From IMG/VR virus record IMGVR_UViG_3300014537_000008: a DNA stretch of 37,980 nucleotides; one strand, given 5' to 3'. This DNA comes from a virus. The notes below the pieces were generated by a model. The model was not told the origin of the DNA. It worked only from the letters and a program-made list of their open reading frames with translations, and searched no databases. Shown here in pieces: positions 1 to 8,538 of this stretch. The translations under genes were made by a program, and so were the position numbers. How positions within the stretch are numbered: the first letter of the stretch is position 1; every line of letters begins with the position of its first letter.

Positions 1-86
1 GCTACAGTGGATCGGCTGCATAATTTTCGTATAGCGGCATTGCTGGAGGGGATTCTGGATCGGCAAGCATTGGCGGGTATGATGGC
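1..86. repeat. 86-bp direct terminal repeat, identical to 37895-37980; assembly overlap of a circular or circularly permuted genome (unit 37,894 bp)
   Basis: Exact identity of window start and end read directly; a continuous ORF (37811..wrap..213) crosses the junction. Confidence 0.9.
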
Positions 87-213
87 AAAACATACGGTTA
101 GCATATACGATATGTGCATGAGTGGTCTGGAGTATCCGCTAGAACTATGGTTGGAGAAGATTACCGATCATATCAACTACCTACTGCTTTTATGGGCAAT
201 GTGCAATGATTAG
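1..213 (+). CDS. 3' part of the wrap-around hypothetical protein whose start is at 37811 (about 98 aa, all-alpha, function unknown)
   Basis: Reading frame is continuous across the terminal repeat; track ORF 7..213 is its C-terminal part. Confidence 0.5.
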   Translation, partial: ATVDRLHNFRIAALLEGILDRQALAGMMAKHTVSIYDMCMSGLEYPLELWLEKITDHINYLLLLWAMCND

Positions 214-291
214 GCAAGGGATATTACCTGCAAGAGTGCCTTAAATTTGACCGAGAAGGTGGTTCTAACGCAAAGTAGGTAATAAAATATA

Positions 292-486
292 GTGGTCAAG
301 GGAAAAAACGATTCTAGGGCAAATATGGAGGTCAAAATGGGTAAACGAGTCAGCCGCGCCTACGTTCGCAAATACACCGCAGATAAAATTGAGGATGACC
401 GGCGCAAGGGTAAGCTCGATCCGGAGGCGGCGCGATACGGGCGAGAGGCATATAGGCGATACAAAAAACGGGAGGCGGGCAAATGA
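292..486 (+). CDS. small basic (Arg/Lys-rich) hypothetical protein; alternative start at ATG 337 with GGAGG RBS
   Basis: 64-aa ORF; GGAGG at 327-331 precedes ATG 337; stop overlaps next start (ATGA). Confidence 0.45.
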   Translation: MVKGKNDSRANMEVKMGKRVSRAYVRKYTADKIEDDRRKGKLDPEAARYGREAYRRYKKREAGK

Positions 487-566
487 GTAGTATCTTATGT
501 TTTGTTGGTGGCGTGATATTGGGATTTATGGTGGCAGCGTTGTTGAGTGCAAATGGAGGGGATTAG
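483..566 (+). CDS. 27-aa hydrophobic micropeptide (MSSILCFVGGVILGFMVAALLSANGGD), single predicted TM
   Basis: GGGAGG RBS 6 nt upstream; ATGA start/stop overlap with upstream ORF; its TAG sits 1 nt before the GTG of the next gene. Confidence 0.3.
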   Translation: MSSILCFVGGVILGFMVAALLSANGGD

Positions 567-567
567 G

Positions 568-963
568 GTGACAAAAAGAGACCTGCAACAATACCGGGCA
601 TTGTGTGATGAGGCAAACACGATCAAGGCCGAGATAGAGCGATTGCAAACGTCTGTCCAAAGTCCGAGATTGACGGGGATGCCGCATGGCGGCGGTGATC
701 CGGATCGTGTAGGATCGCTCGTGGCAAAAAAGGTTGACCTAGAAAACCGGCTGATGGATAGGGTGGAGCGGCTGTATGAGCTGCGAAACAAGATCGAGGA
801 TGCCATGGAGCGATTGAGTCCGGATCAACGTCTATTACTGCGGTATCGGTATATCGAGGGGATGACCTGGGAGAGTGTCTGTGTCAAGATGCATTATTCC
901 TGGAAGCAGATACACAGGATTCATGCAAAAATTTTGCGAATCCTCGAAGATGACACACAATGA
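568..963 (+). CDS. phage late-gene transcriptional activator, ArpU/RinA/DUF1492-like (sigma-70 region-4-like HTH); track start 547
   Basis: Motifs GMPHGGGDPD and LSPDQRLLLRYRYIEGMTWESV typical of the family; GGAGGGG RBS before GTG 568. Confidence 0.6.
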   Translation: MTKRDLQQYRALCDEANTIKAEIERLQTSVQSPRLTGMPHGGGDPDRVGSLVAKKVDLENRLMDRVERLYELRNKIEDAMERLSPDQRLLLRYRYIEGMTWESVCVKMHYSWKQIHRIHAKILRILEDDTQ

Positions 964-1062
964 CACACTATTTTGTGCTATGATGGTAACATCAAAAAAC
1001 TAGGTACTGCCGGAGCGTGTCCGTGATAGTGGCGGACATAAATTTGAAAAGGAGAATTGTCA

Positions 1063-1265
1063 TGAATGAGCAAATTGAGAGGGCTTTCACGTATCATGCG
1101 CCCAAAGCCGGACAGCCGGAACAATACACCAAATTGAGAGAGACGGCAAAGGTTATGGCCTATCTTATCGAGGAGTTGTGTCCGAATAGCTGCGAAAAGG
1201 ATTTGGCTATGACCAGGCTTGAAGAGAGTGTTATGTGGGCTAATGCATCGATTGCGCGCAACTAA
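1063..1265 (+). CDS. hypothetical small phage protein (67 aa)
   Basis: AAAGGAGA RBS 7 nt before ATG 1063; track ORF 1017..1265. Confidence 0.5.
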
Positions 1266-1278
1266 AGCATACTATTAG

Positions 1279-1307
1279 GCCGTCCAGCAATGGGCGGCTG
1301 TTTTGTG
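1279..1307 (+). terminator. rho-independent terminator (GCCGTCC/GGGCGGC stem, then TGTTTTGTG)
   Basis: 7-bp stem with one G-U, T-rich tail, directly after the 1265 stop. Confidence 0.5.
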
Positions 1308-1334
1308 AAAAAAAAGAACGCCTTTTAGGCGTCC
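1308..1334 (-). terminator. rho-independent terminator for the minus-strand XRE gene (AACGCC/GGCGT hairpin; 8-T run on the minus strand)
   Basis: Hairpin encloses the XRE stop codon; A8 on plus equals T8 on minus. Confidence 0.6.
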
Positions 1335-1516
1335 TCTTCCATCCCTGCCAGCTGATCCAGCGATACATCTAGCGCCCTAGCTAGTTTTACGGCAATAGAT
1401 AACATACAGTCCCCGCGCTTTTCGATATCCTGAATAGTGCGGCGGGGAACGCCAGATAGTTCCACAAGTTTCGGGACAGATAGTCCCTTTTCAAGCCTGA
1501 TCTCTCGTAGTTTCAT
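1325..1516 (-). CDS. XRE-family HTH transcriptional regulator (Cro/CI-type, 63 aa)
   Basis: LSVPKLVELSGVPRRTIQDIEKG is a classic HTH_3; GGAAG RBS. Confidence 0.8.
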   Translation of the reverse strand: MKLREIRLEKGLSVPKLVELSGVPRRTIQDIEKRGDCMLSIAVKLARALDVSLDQLAGMEEDA

Positions 1517-1667
1517 GGCGGCTCTTCCTTTCGACGATAAGATTCAAAATTAGGCAAACCGCAAGGAGAGCAATATTAATCCAGCCCAACGCACCGTTTG
1601 GCCAACCATCAATAAGGTGGAGGACGACGAGCGCGATTAGAATAATGGTAATAAAGTTTCTCTTCAT
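1491..1667 (-). CDS. possible 58-aa two-TM membrane protein (MKRNFITIILIALVVLHLIDGWPNGALGWINIALLAVCLILNL...); no clear RBS and overlaps the XRE start by 26 nt
   Basis: ORF found by reverse-complement translation; below the 60-aa track cut-off. Confidence 0.2.
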   Translation of the reverse strand: MKRNFITIILIALVVLHLIDGWPNGALGWINIALLAVCLILNLIVERKSRHETTRDQA

Positions 1668-1698
1668 TTTTTGCGGTCAATGTGGTATACTATAGTCG

Positions 1699-1715
1699 CT
1701 CCCCCCGAAGGGGAG
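1699..1715. other. perfect hairpin CTCCCC-ccgaa-GGGGAG immediately downstream (minus strand) of the 42-aa peptide ORF
   Basis: Read directly from the sequence; no adjacent U-tract. Confidence 0.4.
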
Positions 1716-1725
1716 AAGAGGGGAA

Positions 1726-1854
1726 TTACTTCCCCTTCTTCTTGGACTTGGCTTTCCGCTTTAGGAGCTTCTTTATCAGTGTGATGGCTGTGAGGCTCAG
1801 GACTGCGGTTTCGGCCAGGTCCTTTATGATGGCGACTATATCTTGCCAGTGCAT
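1726..1854 (-). CDS. 42-aa membrane peptide MHWQDIVAIIKDLAETAVLSLTAITLIKKLLKRKAKSKKKGK (one TM plus a poly-Lys/Arg tail); toxin-like or holin-like
   Basis: AGGAGGA RBS 8 nt upstream; consensus promoter with operator just upstream; hairpin just downstream; hidden inside the low-complexity 77-aa track ORF 1664..1897. Confidence 0.45.
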   Translation of the reverse strand: MHWQDIVAIIKDLAETAVLSLTAITLIKKLLKRKAKSKKKGK

Positions 1855-1887
1855 TGACCATTCCTCCTTTCTTTTTAAGATGTATAT

Positions 1888-1916
1888 AGTATAGCACGTT
1901 ATTACGTGCTTGTCAA
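1888..1916 (-). promoter_or_regulatory. consensus sigma-70 promoter TTGACA-17-TATACT (minus strand) whose spacer is the 7-4-7 palindrome AGCACGT-TATT-ACGTGCT (operator, 1893-1910)
   Basis: Exact hexamers and 17-nt spacing read from the sequence; perfect inverted repeat inside the spacer. Confidence 0.6.
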
Positions 1917-1949
1917 TACCTTTTTTGCAAAATAATCCAAAAAATTTTT

Positions 1950-1973
1950 AGGGCCTTCTGAGGGTCCTTTTTT
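1950..1973 (+). terminator. plus-strand rho-independent terminator (GGGCC/GGUCC stem, T6) just upstream of terS
   Basis: Hairpin plus a T6 run; no plus-strand coding gene ends here. Confidence 0.45.
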
Positions 1974-2009
1974 GATGCTCGCAATACCGACGATAGGAGA
2001 TGATGAGAG

Positions 2010-2705
2010 TTGGCGAGAGCACCAGACGAGCGAATTGAGCAAGCAAAAGCCATGTATCTAAATGGGCAAAAATTAGTTGAGATAGCAAAGCAGTTGAACC
2101 TTCCGGAGGGGACGGTTCGGCGCTGGAAATGTACGAATAAATGGGAGAGCGAACGTTCGGAAAAGAATAGCGAACGTTCAAAAAGGAAGCGCGGCGCGCA
2201 GCCAGGGAATAAGAATAGCGCAGGCGGACCTGTAGGAAATACAAAAGCAGAAAAATTTGGTTTTTTTCGGAAGTACCTTCCGGGGGAGACGGTTTCGATC
2301 ATCGAGGAGATGCCGAAAGACCCATTGGATATCCTTTGGGATCAAATCCAAATCGCCTACGCCGCCATTATTCGGGCGCAGACGATTATGTATGTAAAAG
2401 ATCGGAACGACAAGACGATAGAAAAGGTTGGGGAGAAATCTGGGAAAGTTTTGGGGGAAGAATGGGAAGTCCAGCACGCTTGGGATAAGCAAGGGAGCTT
2501 TTTGCAGGCACAGGCAAGGGCGCAAAAAACGTTGGAAGGTATGATTAATCGCTACGAAGAGCTCCTGCATAAAAATTGGGAAGCTGCCAGCGAGGAGCAA
2601 AAAGCTAGAATTGGCAAGATCAAGGCGCAGACGGATAGATTAACTGGCGATAATCAAGAGGTCGAAGACCTGGACGAAATAGAGAGTGAGATTTATGGGG
2701 GTTAA
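2010..2705 (+). CDS. terS: terminase small subunit (N-terminal HTH, Gly/Asn-rich linker), TTG start
   Basis: HTH (GQKLVEIAKQLNLPEGTVRRW) plus GNKNSAGGPVGNTKAEKFGF motif typical of TerS; sits upstream of TerL; AGGAGA RBS. Confidence 0.7.
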   Translation: MARAPDERIEQAKAMYLNGQKLVEIAKQLNLPEGTVRRWKCTNKWESERSEKNSERSKRKRGAQPGNKNSAGGPVGNTKAEKFGFFRKYLPGETVSIIEEMPKDPLDILWDQIQIAYAAIIRAQTIMYVKDRNDKTIEKVGEKSGKVLGEEWEVQHAWDKQGSFLQAQARAQKTLEGMINRYEELLHKNWEAASEEQKARIGKIKAQTDRLTGDNQEVEDLDEIESEIYGG

Positions 2706-4047
2706 GCGAAAACGATCTATCCCTTTTCGCTTCTCGGAAAAACACAAGGAGTACATTCGTCGATGCGCATTTAACGCTTATAATGTCGCAGAGGGTGCCG
2801 TTCGTGCGGGAAAAACAGTGGATAATGTTTTTGCTTTTGCTCATGATCTCAAAACGACGCCCGATAGAATCCATTTGGCTACAGGCTCCACGATGGCGAA
2901 TGCAAAGCTTAACATTGGAGATGCAAACGGTTTTGGGCTTGAGTATATTTTTAGGGGACAATGCAATTGGGGTAAGTATAAAGATAATGAGGCATTGTTT
3001 GTTAAGGGGCCTGACACTAAAAATCGGCAAAAGATTGTAATCTTTGCGGGAGCCGCGAAAGAGGACAGTTATAAAAAAATTCGAGGCAATTCCTACGGGA
3101 TGTGGATTGCAACGGAGATCAATCTGCATCACGACAACATGATTAAAGAGGCGTTCAATCGGCAGCTGGCCGCCAACCGGCCTAAGGTTTTCTGGGATCT
3201 GAATCCAGATAACCCTAAAGCTGCAATTTATTCCCAGTATATTGACAAGTACAAGGACCAGGCGGAGGCGGGAAATTTCCCAGGTGGTTACAACTACATG
3301 CACTGTACCATTTACGACAATATTAATATTACGCCGGAACGGCTGCATGAGATTGAGAGCCGCTATGATAAAAACAGTATCTGGTATCTACGGGACATCA
3401 AGGGGCAGAGGATCGTTGCAAATGGGCTGATTTATCGGCGCTTTGCGGATGATACCAGCACAAAGCAATTTACCTATCGACTTGAGGATAAGCCAAAAGA
3501 CATCGCCGAAATCGTTCTGGGGATTGACTTTGGCGGGAACGGTTCTGGACATTCTTTTACAGCGACCGCGATTACGCGGGGATTCCAAAATGTCATTGTA
3601 TTGGCGTCGGAATGGATCAGCTGCCACGAGGAGGAGATTGACCCGGAGGAGCTTGGAAAACGTTTTTGTAATTTCGTGCAAAAAATCTTGAGCCGATACG
3701 GTTATATCACAATCGTTTACGCAGATAGTGAAGCGCAAACCCTGATTGTTGGAATTCGGAGTAGCCTGCGCAAGCATGGTCTGGGCTGGATTCGGGTAGA
3801 CAACGCTCTAAAAACCACGGTCAATGACCGAATCGATGCTACAGCCATCTTGATGGCACAAGGACGCTTTTATTATGTCGGAAACGACTGTCAAAGCCTG
3901 GTGAATGCGCTTTGCACGGCGGTTTGGAATCCCAAAGAGGTCACAAAAAATGAGCGATTGGATGACGGCACAAGCGATATTGACAGCTTGGACAGCTTCG
4001 AATATACCTTTGAACGTTATATCAGTCGCTTAATCAAATATGGATGA
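2686..4047 (+). CDS. terL: terminase large subunit, PBSX (XtmB) family
   Basis: Walker A GAVRAGKT; ATPase/nuclease layout; 453 aa; overlaps terS. Confidence 0.85.
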   Translation: MRFMGVKRKRSIPFRFSEKHKEYIRRCAFNAYNVAEGAVRAGKTVDNVFAFAHDLKTTPDRIHLATGSTMANAKLNIGDANGFGLEYIFRGQCNWGKYKDNEALFVKGPDTKNRQKIVIFAGAAKEDSYKKIRGNSYGMWIATEINLHHDNMIKEAFNRQLAANRPKVFWDLNPDNPKAAIYSQYIDKYKDQAEAGNFPGGYNYMHCTIYDNINITPERLHEIESRYDKNSIWYLRDIKGQRIVANGLIYRRFADDTSTKQFTYRLEDKPKDIAEIVLGIDFGGNGSGHSFTATAITRGFQNVIVLASEWISCHEEEIDPEELGKRFCNFVQKILSRYGYITIVYADSEAQTLIVGIRSSLRKHGLGWIRVDNALKTTVNDRIDATAILMAQGRFYYVGNDCQSLVNALCTAVWNPKEVTKNERLDDGTSDIDSLDSFEYTFERYISRLIKYG

Positions 4048-5504
4048 GAGGTGGTGAGATATTGACTTATACAAAAATGCTCTTGATGATCCAAAAAGCA
4101 CTGCAACATACGACTATTGACTGGTGTTTATCATCAGAAATGGCTAATCAAATTGATCTATGGACGCGAATGTTTGAGAATCGAGCCCCCTGGTTGAGTA
4201 AAACAGTTGAGAGTGCGGGGCTGTCAGCTGCAATCGCGAGTGAAGTGGCCCGACTAATCACGTTGGAACTAGTAACAGAGGTCTCTGGGTCTGCTAGGGC
4301 AACATATATCAACGATGCGTATCAAAAGACGGTCAAAAAATTACGACAATATGTAGAGTATGGTTGCGCAAAAGGCGGATTGATCTTTAAGCCTTATTAT
4401 ACGCATGATGGGATTGACGTGCAAATGTTGCAGGCGGATAGCTTTTTCCCGGTCACTTTTGATGGATCGGGGGCAATCTCGCAGTGTATCTTTCTGGAAC
4501 AGTTTCGGATTGGCAATAAGATTTATAGCCGCATTGAGATGCACACTTTGCAGGGTACAAAGTTGATCATCGAGAATCATGTTTTTGTGAGTACAAACGA
4601 TTTTAGCCTTGGTAGTGAGATTCCGATTACGTCGGTGAAACGGTGGCGGGATATTGCGCAGAGCCTTGTGGTTGACGGTGTGACACGGTTGCCCTTCGGA
4701 TATTTTAAATTTCCGCTGGCCAATACACGGGATTCAGACAGCCCACTGGGCGTATCGGTGTACTCTCGGGCGATTGGGTTGATCCGAGAGGCGGATCGGC
4801 GGTACAGTCAAATTAACTGGGAATACGAGGCTAAAGAAGCTGCCGTCCATGCTGCAACTAGCATGATGCGATATAATCCGGATACGGATAAATTCGAATA
4901 CCCAGGAGGCAAAGATCGTCTATATCGGACCGTCGAAGTCAACAGCGGGGCCACCGAGAAGCCGTTGCTGGAAGAGTACTCACCCGATATTCGGGATGCT
5001 TCGCTGTATAATGGCTGGAATCAGCAAATGCGGATGATCGAATTTAATTGTGGACTGGCCTATGGTACGCTGTCCGATCCAAACAACGTAGATAAAACGG
5101 CAGAGGAAATTCGTTCCAGCAAACAGCGATCCTATCAAATGATTTCCGACGCGCAGGGGGCCTTGCAAAATGCGCTTGAGGACCTGATCGAGGCAATTGA
5201 TTTTTATTGCACACTCTATGACTTGGCCCCTGCCGGGCGATATGCTACATCGTTTAAGTGGGATGACTCCATTATTACAGATACAAATGCAATAGTTGAC
5301 ACTAACATCAAATTAACACAAGCCAGTTTACGGTCTAAACTTAGAGCTATCATGGAAATCAATCGATGCAGCGAGGAGGATGCACAGTTGGAATTGGATC
5401 GGATCGCAGGGGAGGGACAAATCACGGGACAAGATATAGATTGGACAGAGGGCGATAAAGAAGAGGCTACAGATGAATCCACTGATGAATCAGACGGCAG
5501 CTGA
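4044..5504 (+). CDS. portal protein (SPP1 gp6-like); alternative starts at TTG 4062 or ATG 4077
   Basis: 486 aa, acidic C-terminus, position after TerL; ATGA overlap with the terL stop. Confidence 0.8.
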   Translation: MRGGEILTYTKMLLMIQKALQHTTIDWCLSSEMANQIDLWTRMFENRAPWLSKTVESAGLSAAIASEVARLITLELVTEVSGSARATYINDAYQKTVKKLRQYVEYGCAKGGLIFKPYYTHDGIDVQMLQADSFFPVTFDGSGAISQCIFLEQFRIGNKIYSRIEMHTLQGTKLIIENHVFVSTNDFSLGSEIPITSVKRWRDIAQSLVVDGVTRLPFGYFKFPLANTRDSDSPLGVSVYSRAIGLIREADRRYSQINWEYEAKEAAVHAATSMMRYNPDTDKFEYPGGKDRLYRTVEVNSGATEKPLLEEYSPDIRDASLYNGWNQQMRMIEFNCGLAYGTLSDPNNVDKTAEEIRSSKQRSYQMISDAQGALQNALEDLIEAIDFYCTLYDLAPAGRYATSFKWDDSIITDTNAIVDTNIKLTQASLRSKLRAIMEINRCSEEDAQLELDRIAGEGQITGQDIDWTEGDKEEATDESTDESDGS

Positions 5505-6732
5505 TGCTACGACAGGGCTCTATCAAGATTTAGAAGAGCGTTTGATGATGAATATCATTCGGCACTGCAAAGACTACAATCAGCCAATCGCTTCGGATGT
5601 ATGGCTAATGCGCAAACTGGCCGAAATTGGAAAGCTCAACCAGGAGAACCTCAAGATTATTGCGGACACGGCTGGATTGTCGCAGACTGTGCTAGAACGC
5701 ATGTTAGACGCTACGGCGCAGGAAGCGATTGCGGAAATGGAACCCGGAATGCAAAAGCTTGCTAGGCAAGGGCTCGCAGGTGAGGCGATTTCGGCCGAAA
5801 AAAGTAAGAATATCAAGCAGACCATGAAGGGTCTCCAAAACCAGGCGCAGAGCACTTTGAATCTCTGTAATACCACAATGCTGTACAAAGCAAAATCTGC
5901 GTATGAAAAGTTTGTGCAGGCAGTCGCCACATCAGCGGATGAAATCTCAAATAAGCAGTCATTTTTGGATCGCCTGGGGCATCATGCATCAGCATCCGTA
6001 GTGGGGGCTGAGTCGCGACAACAGGCAATGCGCAAATGCATCAAGGATTTCAATGAGCGCGGAATTCCGGCGTTTGTGGATAAAAGAGGGCGCGAGTGGA
6101 CGCCAGAGGCATATGTCAATATGGCGCTGCGAAATACGGTTAAAAACGTAGCAGATGAAGTTCAAACAGCACGTTGCATAGACTATGATATTCGACTGAT
6201 TGAGATTGATTCTCACTCTGGCGCTCGGCCGAAATGCGCAAAGGATCAAGGCAAAATCTACAGTTTGGACAACAAAAGTGGGTATACAACGGATGCATCC
6301 GGAAAAAAAGTTCGATATTATCCTTGGAATAGCACCAGCTATGGGGAGCCGGATGGCATCCTGGGAATCAACTGCACACATCACAAATGGCCTTTTGTTC
6401 CTGGAGTATCTATGCGGACATATTTCCCGGTTGATGATCAGGCGGCTAGCGACAGATTGTATAAAGAGACGCAGGTACAACGAGCCCTTGAGCGAGATGT
6501 TCGCAAGCAAAAACGAGAGTGCATGTTGCATGATCAAATTGGAGATAAGGAGGCATTTGAAAATGCTGCTGTCACCTTGAAGCAGAAGGAAACTAAGCTG
6601 AAACAATATGTTGACGGAAATCCGGATTTGCACCGTCGTAAGGATCGGGAACAGGTAGTTGGATTTGATAAGCGGATTAGCGCTCAAGCAGTGGCAGCGA
6701 ACAAAAAACATTTGACCGGGCCGAAGTCGTAA
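5473..6732 (+). CDS. minor head / head morphogenesis protein (SPP1 gp7 / Mu F-like)
   Basis: Position after the portal; 419 aa; conserved mid-region typical of Phage_Mu_F. Confidence 0.7.
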   Translation: MNPLMNQTAADATTGLYQDLEERLMMNIIRHCKDYNQPIASDVWLMRKLAEIGKLNQENLKIIADTAGLSQTVLERMLDATAQEAIAEMEPGMQKLARQGLAGEAISAEKSKNIKQTMKGLQNQAQSTLNLCNTTMLYKAKSAYEKFVQAVATSADEISNKQSFLDRLGHHASASVVGAESRQQAMRKCIKDFNERGIPAFVDKRGREWTPEAYVNMALRNTVKNVADEVQTARCIDYDIRLIEIDSHSGARPKCAKDQGKIYSLDNKSGYTTDASGKKVRYYPWNSTSYGEPDGILGINCTHHKWPFVPGVSMRTYFPVDDQAASDRLYKETQVQRALERDVRKQKRECMLHDQIGDKEAFENAAVTLKQKETKLKQYVDGNPDLHRRKDREQVVGFDKRISAQAVAANKKHLTGPKS

Positions 6733-6789
6733 AACTACGGAGCCAATGGGAGCGACCCCGTAAAAAGCGTATGGAGAGAGGAGATTAAC

Positions 6790-7326
6790 ATGCAGCGGAA
6801 ATTCTTGGAAGGATTAGGGTTGGAAAAAGAAGTCATTGATAGGATCATGGATGCCAATGGATCAGACGTGGAAAGAATGAAGGGTGAGCGAGACGAATAT
6901 AAGCGGCAGCTCATTGAAGCCCAAACAACGCTGAAAAGCTTTGAAGGCGTCGATGTGAAGGAACTGCAAGACAGAATTGCCAAATTGACTGATGATCTAA
7001 AAACAAAGGATGCAGATTATCAGCAAAAATTGGCAGATCGAGATTTTGCAGATATTTTACGAGACGAAATCATCGCATCCGGCGCAAAAAATGCAAAAGC
7101 TGTCATGGCTCTTTTGGATCAGGACATGCTGAAAGCTAGTAAGAATCAAAAAGAGGATATCCAGAAGGCGTTGGAAACGGTCAAGCAAGAAAACGACTAC
7201 CTATTTCAAGGCACAAAGCCAGTTCCACGGGTAGTATCAACGACGTCGGGACCCAACCCAGCAACAGAAGACAAAAAAACACAGGCAAATGAGGCTTTGA
7301 GAAGTCTCTTTGGGAGAGGAGAATAA
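6790..7326 (+). CDS. scaffolding protein (coiled-coil, acidic)
   Basis: Alpha-helical charged 178-aa protein directly before the major capsid gene; strong RBS GAGAGGAG. Confidence 0.65.
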   Translation: MQRKFLEGLGLEKEVIDRIMDANGSDVERMKGERDEYKRQLIEAQTTLKSFEGVDVKELQDRIAKLTDDLKTKDADYQQKLADRDFADILRDEIIASGAKNAKAVMALLDQDMLKASKNQKEDIQKALETVKQENDYLFQGTKPVPRVVSTTSGPNPATEDKKTQANEALRSLFGRGE

Positions 7327-7329
7327 TTT

Positions 7330-8523
7330 ATGCCAGTTGATATCACAAGACGTCAAGACGCGGAAGCAATCATCCGCGAACAGGTAGTGCAAACAATTTT
7401 TCAGGACGCACCAAAACAGTCTGCTTTTATGAGCATGGCGAAAAAACTGCCCAACATGACAAGCAAGCAAACTCGCATCCGAGTACTGGATTTTCTGCCC
7501 ACAGCGTATTGGGTTGACGGAGATACCGGGATGAAACAAACGACAAGACAGGCGTGGGATAATGTATATCTGACAGCCGGAGAGTTGGCAGTCATTGTAC
7601 CAATCTCGGAGGCGGTATTAGATGACGCAGAATTTGACATTATGGGAGAGATTACGCCGAGAGTCAACGAGGCTATTGGCCAAAAGGTTGATGCTGCTGT
7701 TATTTTTGGCGTTAATCGTCCACGTGAGTGGCAAAATGATATTATTACAATGGCGCGGCAGGCGGGGAATAATGTAGCTCCTGCAACCGGAAAAGATTAT
7801 TACGATTTCATCCTTGGCGAGGATGGTATTTTTGCAAAAGTTGAGTCGGATGGATATGGGGTGAGCGGTGCGCTTGCTGGCATGACGATGAAGGCAAAAT
7901 TAAGGGGGCTGCGGGACACAACAGGACAGCCGATCTTTAAGAGCAACATGCAGGAAAAAGCAACATATACACTGGACGGTGCGCAAATGTATTTTCCGGA
8001 AAATGGAGCTTTTGATCCTACGATTGCCCAGCTCGTAGTTGGAGATTTTAAGCAGGCAGTTTTTGCAATTCGACAGGACGTAACGGTCAAGATTTTAGAC
8101 CAGGGCGTGATTCAAGACCCAACGACAAAGGAAATCGTATATAATCTGGCGCAACAAGATATGATTGCCTTGCGAGTTGTGTTTCGGATGGGTTGGGCGC
8201 TGCCGAACCCGGCAACAAGGCTTAATGAGGATCGTACGGGATGCCCATTTGCTTATCTGGAACCAGGGACGCCTGCGACAACGCAGAAGGTTACATTTAC
8301 AGTTACGGATAATGCTAGTACACCAGTTGCTGTTGCGGGTGCAAGAGTCAATGTCAATGGCTCAATTTTGACCACGGCCGCAAACGGTAAAGTTGAATTT
8401 AATTTAAGGGCTGGAACTTATCCTGTAAAGGTTTCTAAGAAGGGTTATGCCGCAGTAAACGATTCGGTGGTAGTCGAAAGCGCGGCGGTCACAAAAGCTA
8501 TTACTTTGGCCGAACAGGTATAA
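7330..8523 (+). CDS. major capsid protein, HK97 fold, with a C-terminal Ig-like/decoration domain
   Basis: 397 aa; position; C-terminal TFTVTDNASTPVAVAGARVNVNGS...VKVSKKGYA beta-sandwich-like segment. Confidence 0.8.
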   Translation: MPVDITRRQDAEAIIREQVVQTIFQDAPKQSAFMSMAKKLPNMTSKQTRIRVLDFLPTAYWVDGDTGMKQTTRQAWDNVYLTAGELAVIVPISEAVLDDAEFDIMGEITPRVNEAIGQKVDAAVIFGVNRPREWQNDIITMARQAGNNVAPATGKDYYDFILGEDGIFAKVESDGYGVSGALAGMTMKAKLRGLRDTTGQPIFKSNMQEKATYTLDGAQMYFPENGAFDPTIAQLVVGDFKQAVFAIRQDVTVKILDQGVIQDPTTKEIVYNLAQQDMIALRVVFRMGWALPNPATRLNEDRTGCPFAYLEPGTPATTQKVTFTVTDNASTPVAVAGARVNVNGSILTTAANGKVEFNLRAGTYPVKVSKKGYAAVNDSVVVESAAVTKAITLAEQV

Positions 8524-8538
8524 ATCGGAGGCAGTGGA

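Noticed and set aside
1664-1897. 77-aa minus ORF and the 70-aa plus ORF 1682..1894
   Set aside because: Low-complexity translations. The 77-aa frame starts upstream of the -10 of the consensus promoter and reads through a hairpin; the in-frame-independent 42-aa ORF (1854..1726) with RBS is the better model. The plus ORF begins inside an extended -10.
2620-3348. 242-aa minus-strand ORF
   Set aside because: Entirely antisense to the terminase large subunit gene; no RBS; composition typical of a shadow ORF.
5989-6711. 240-aa minus-strand ORF
   Set aside because: Antisense to the minor head protein gene; shadow ORF.
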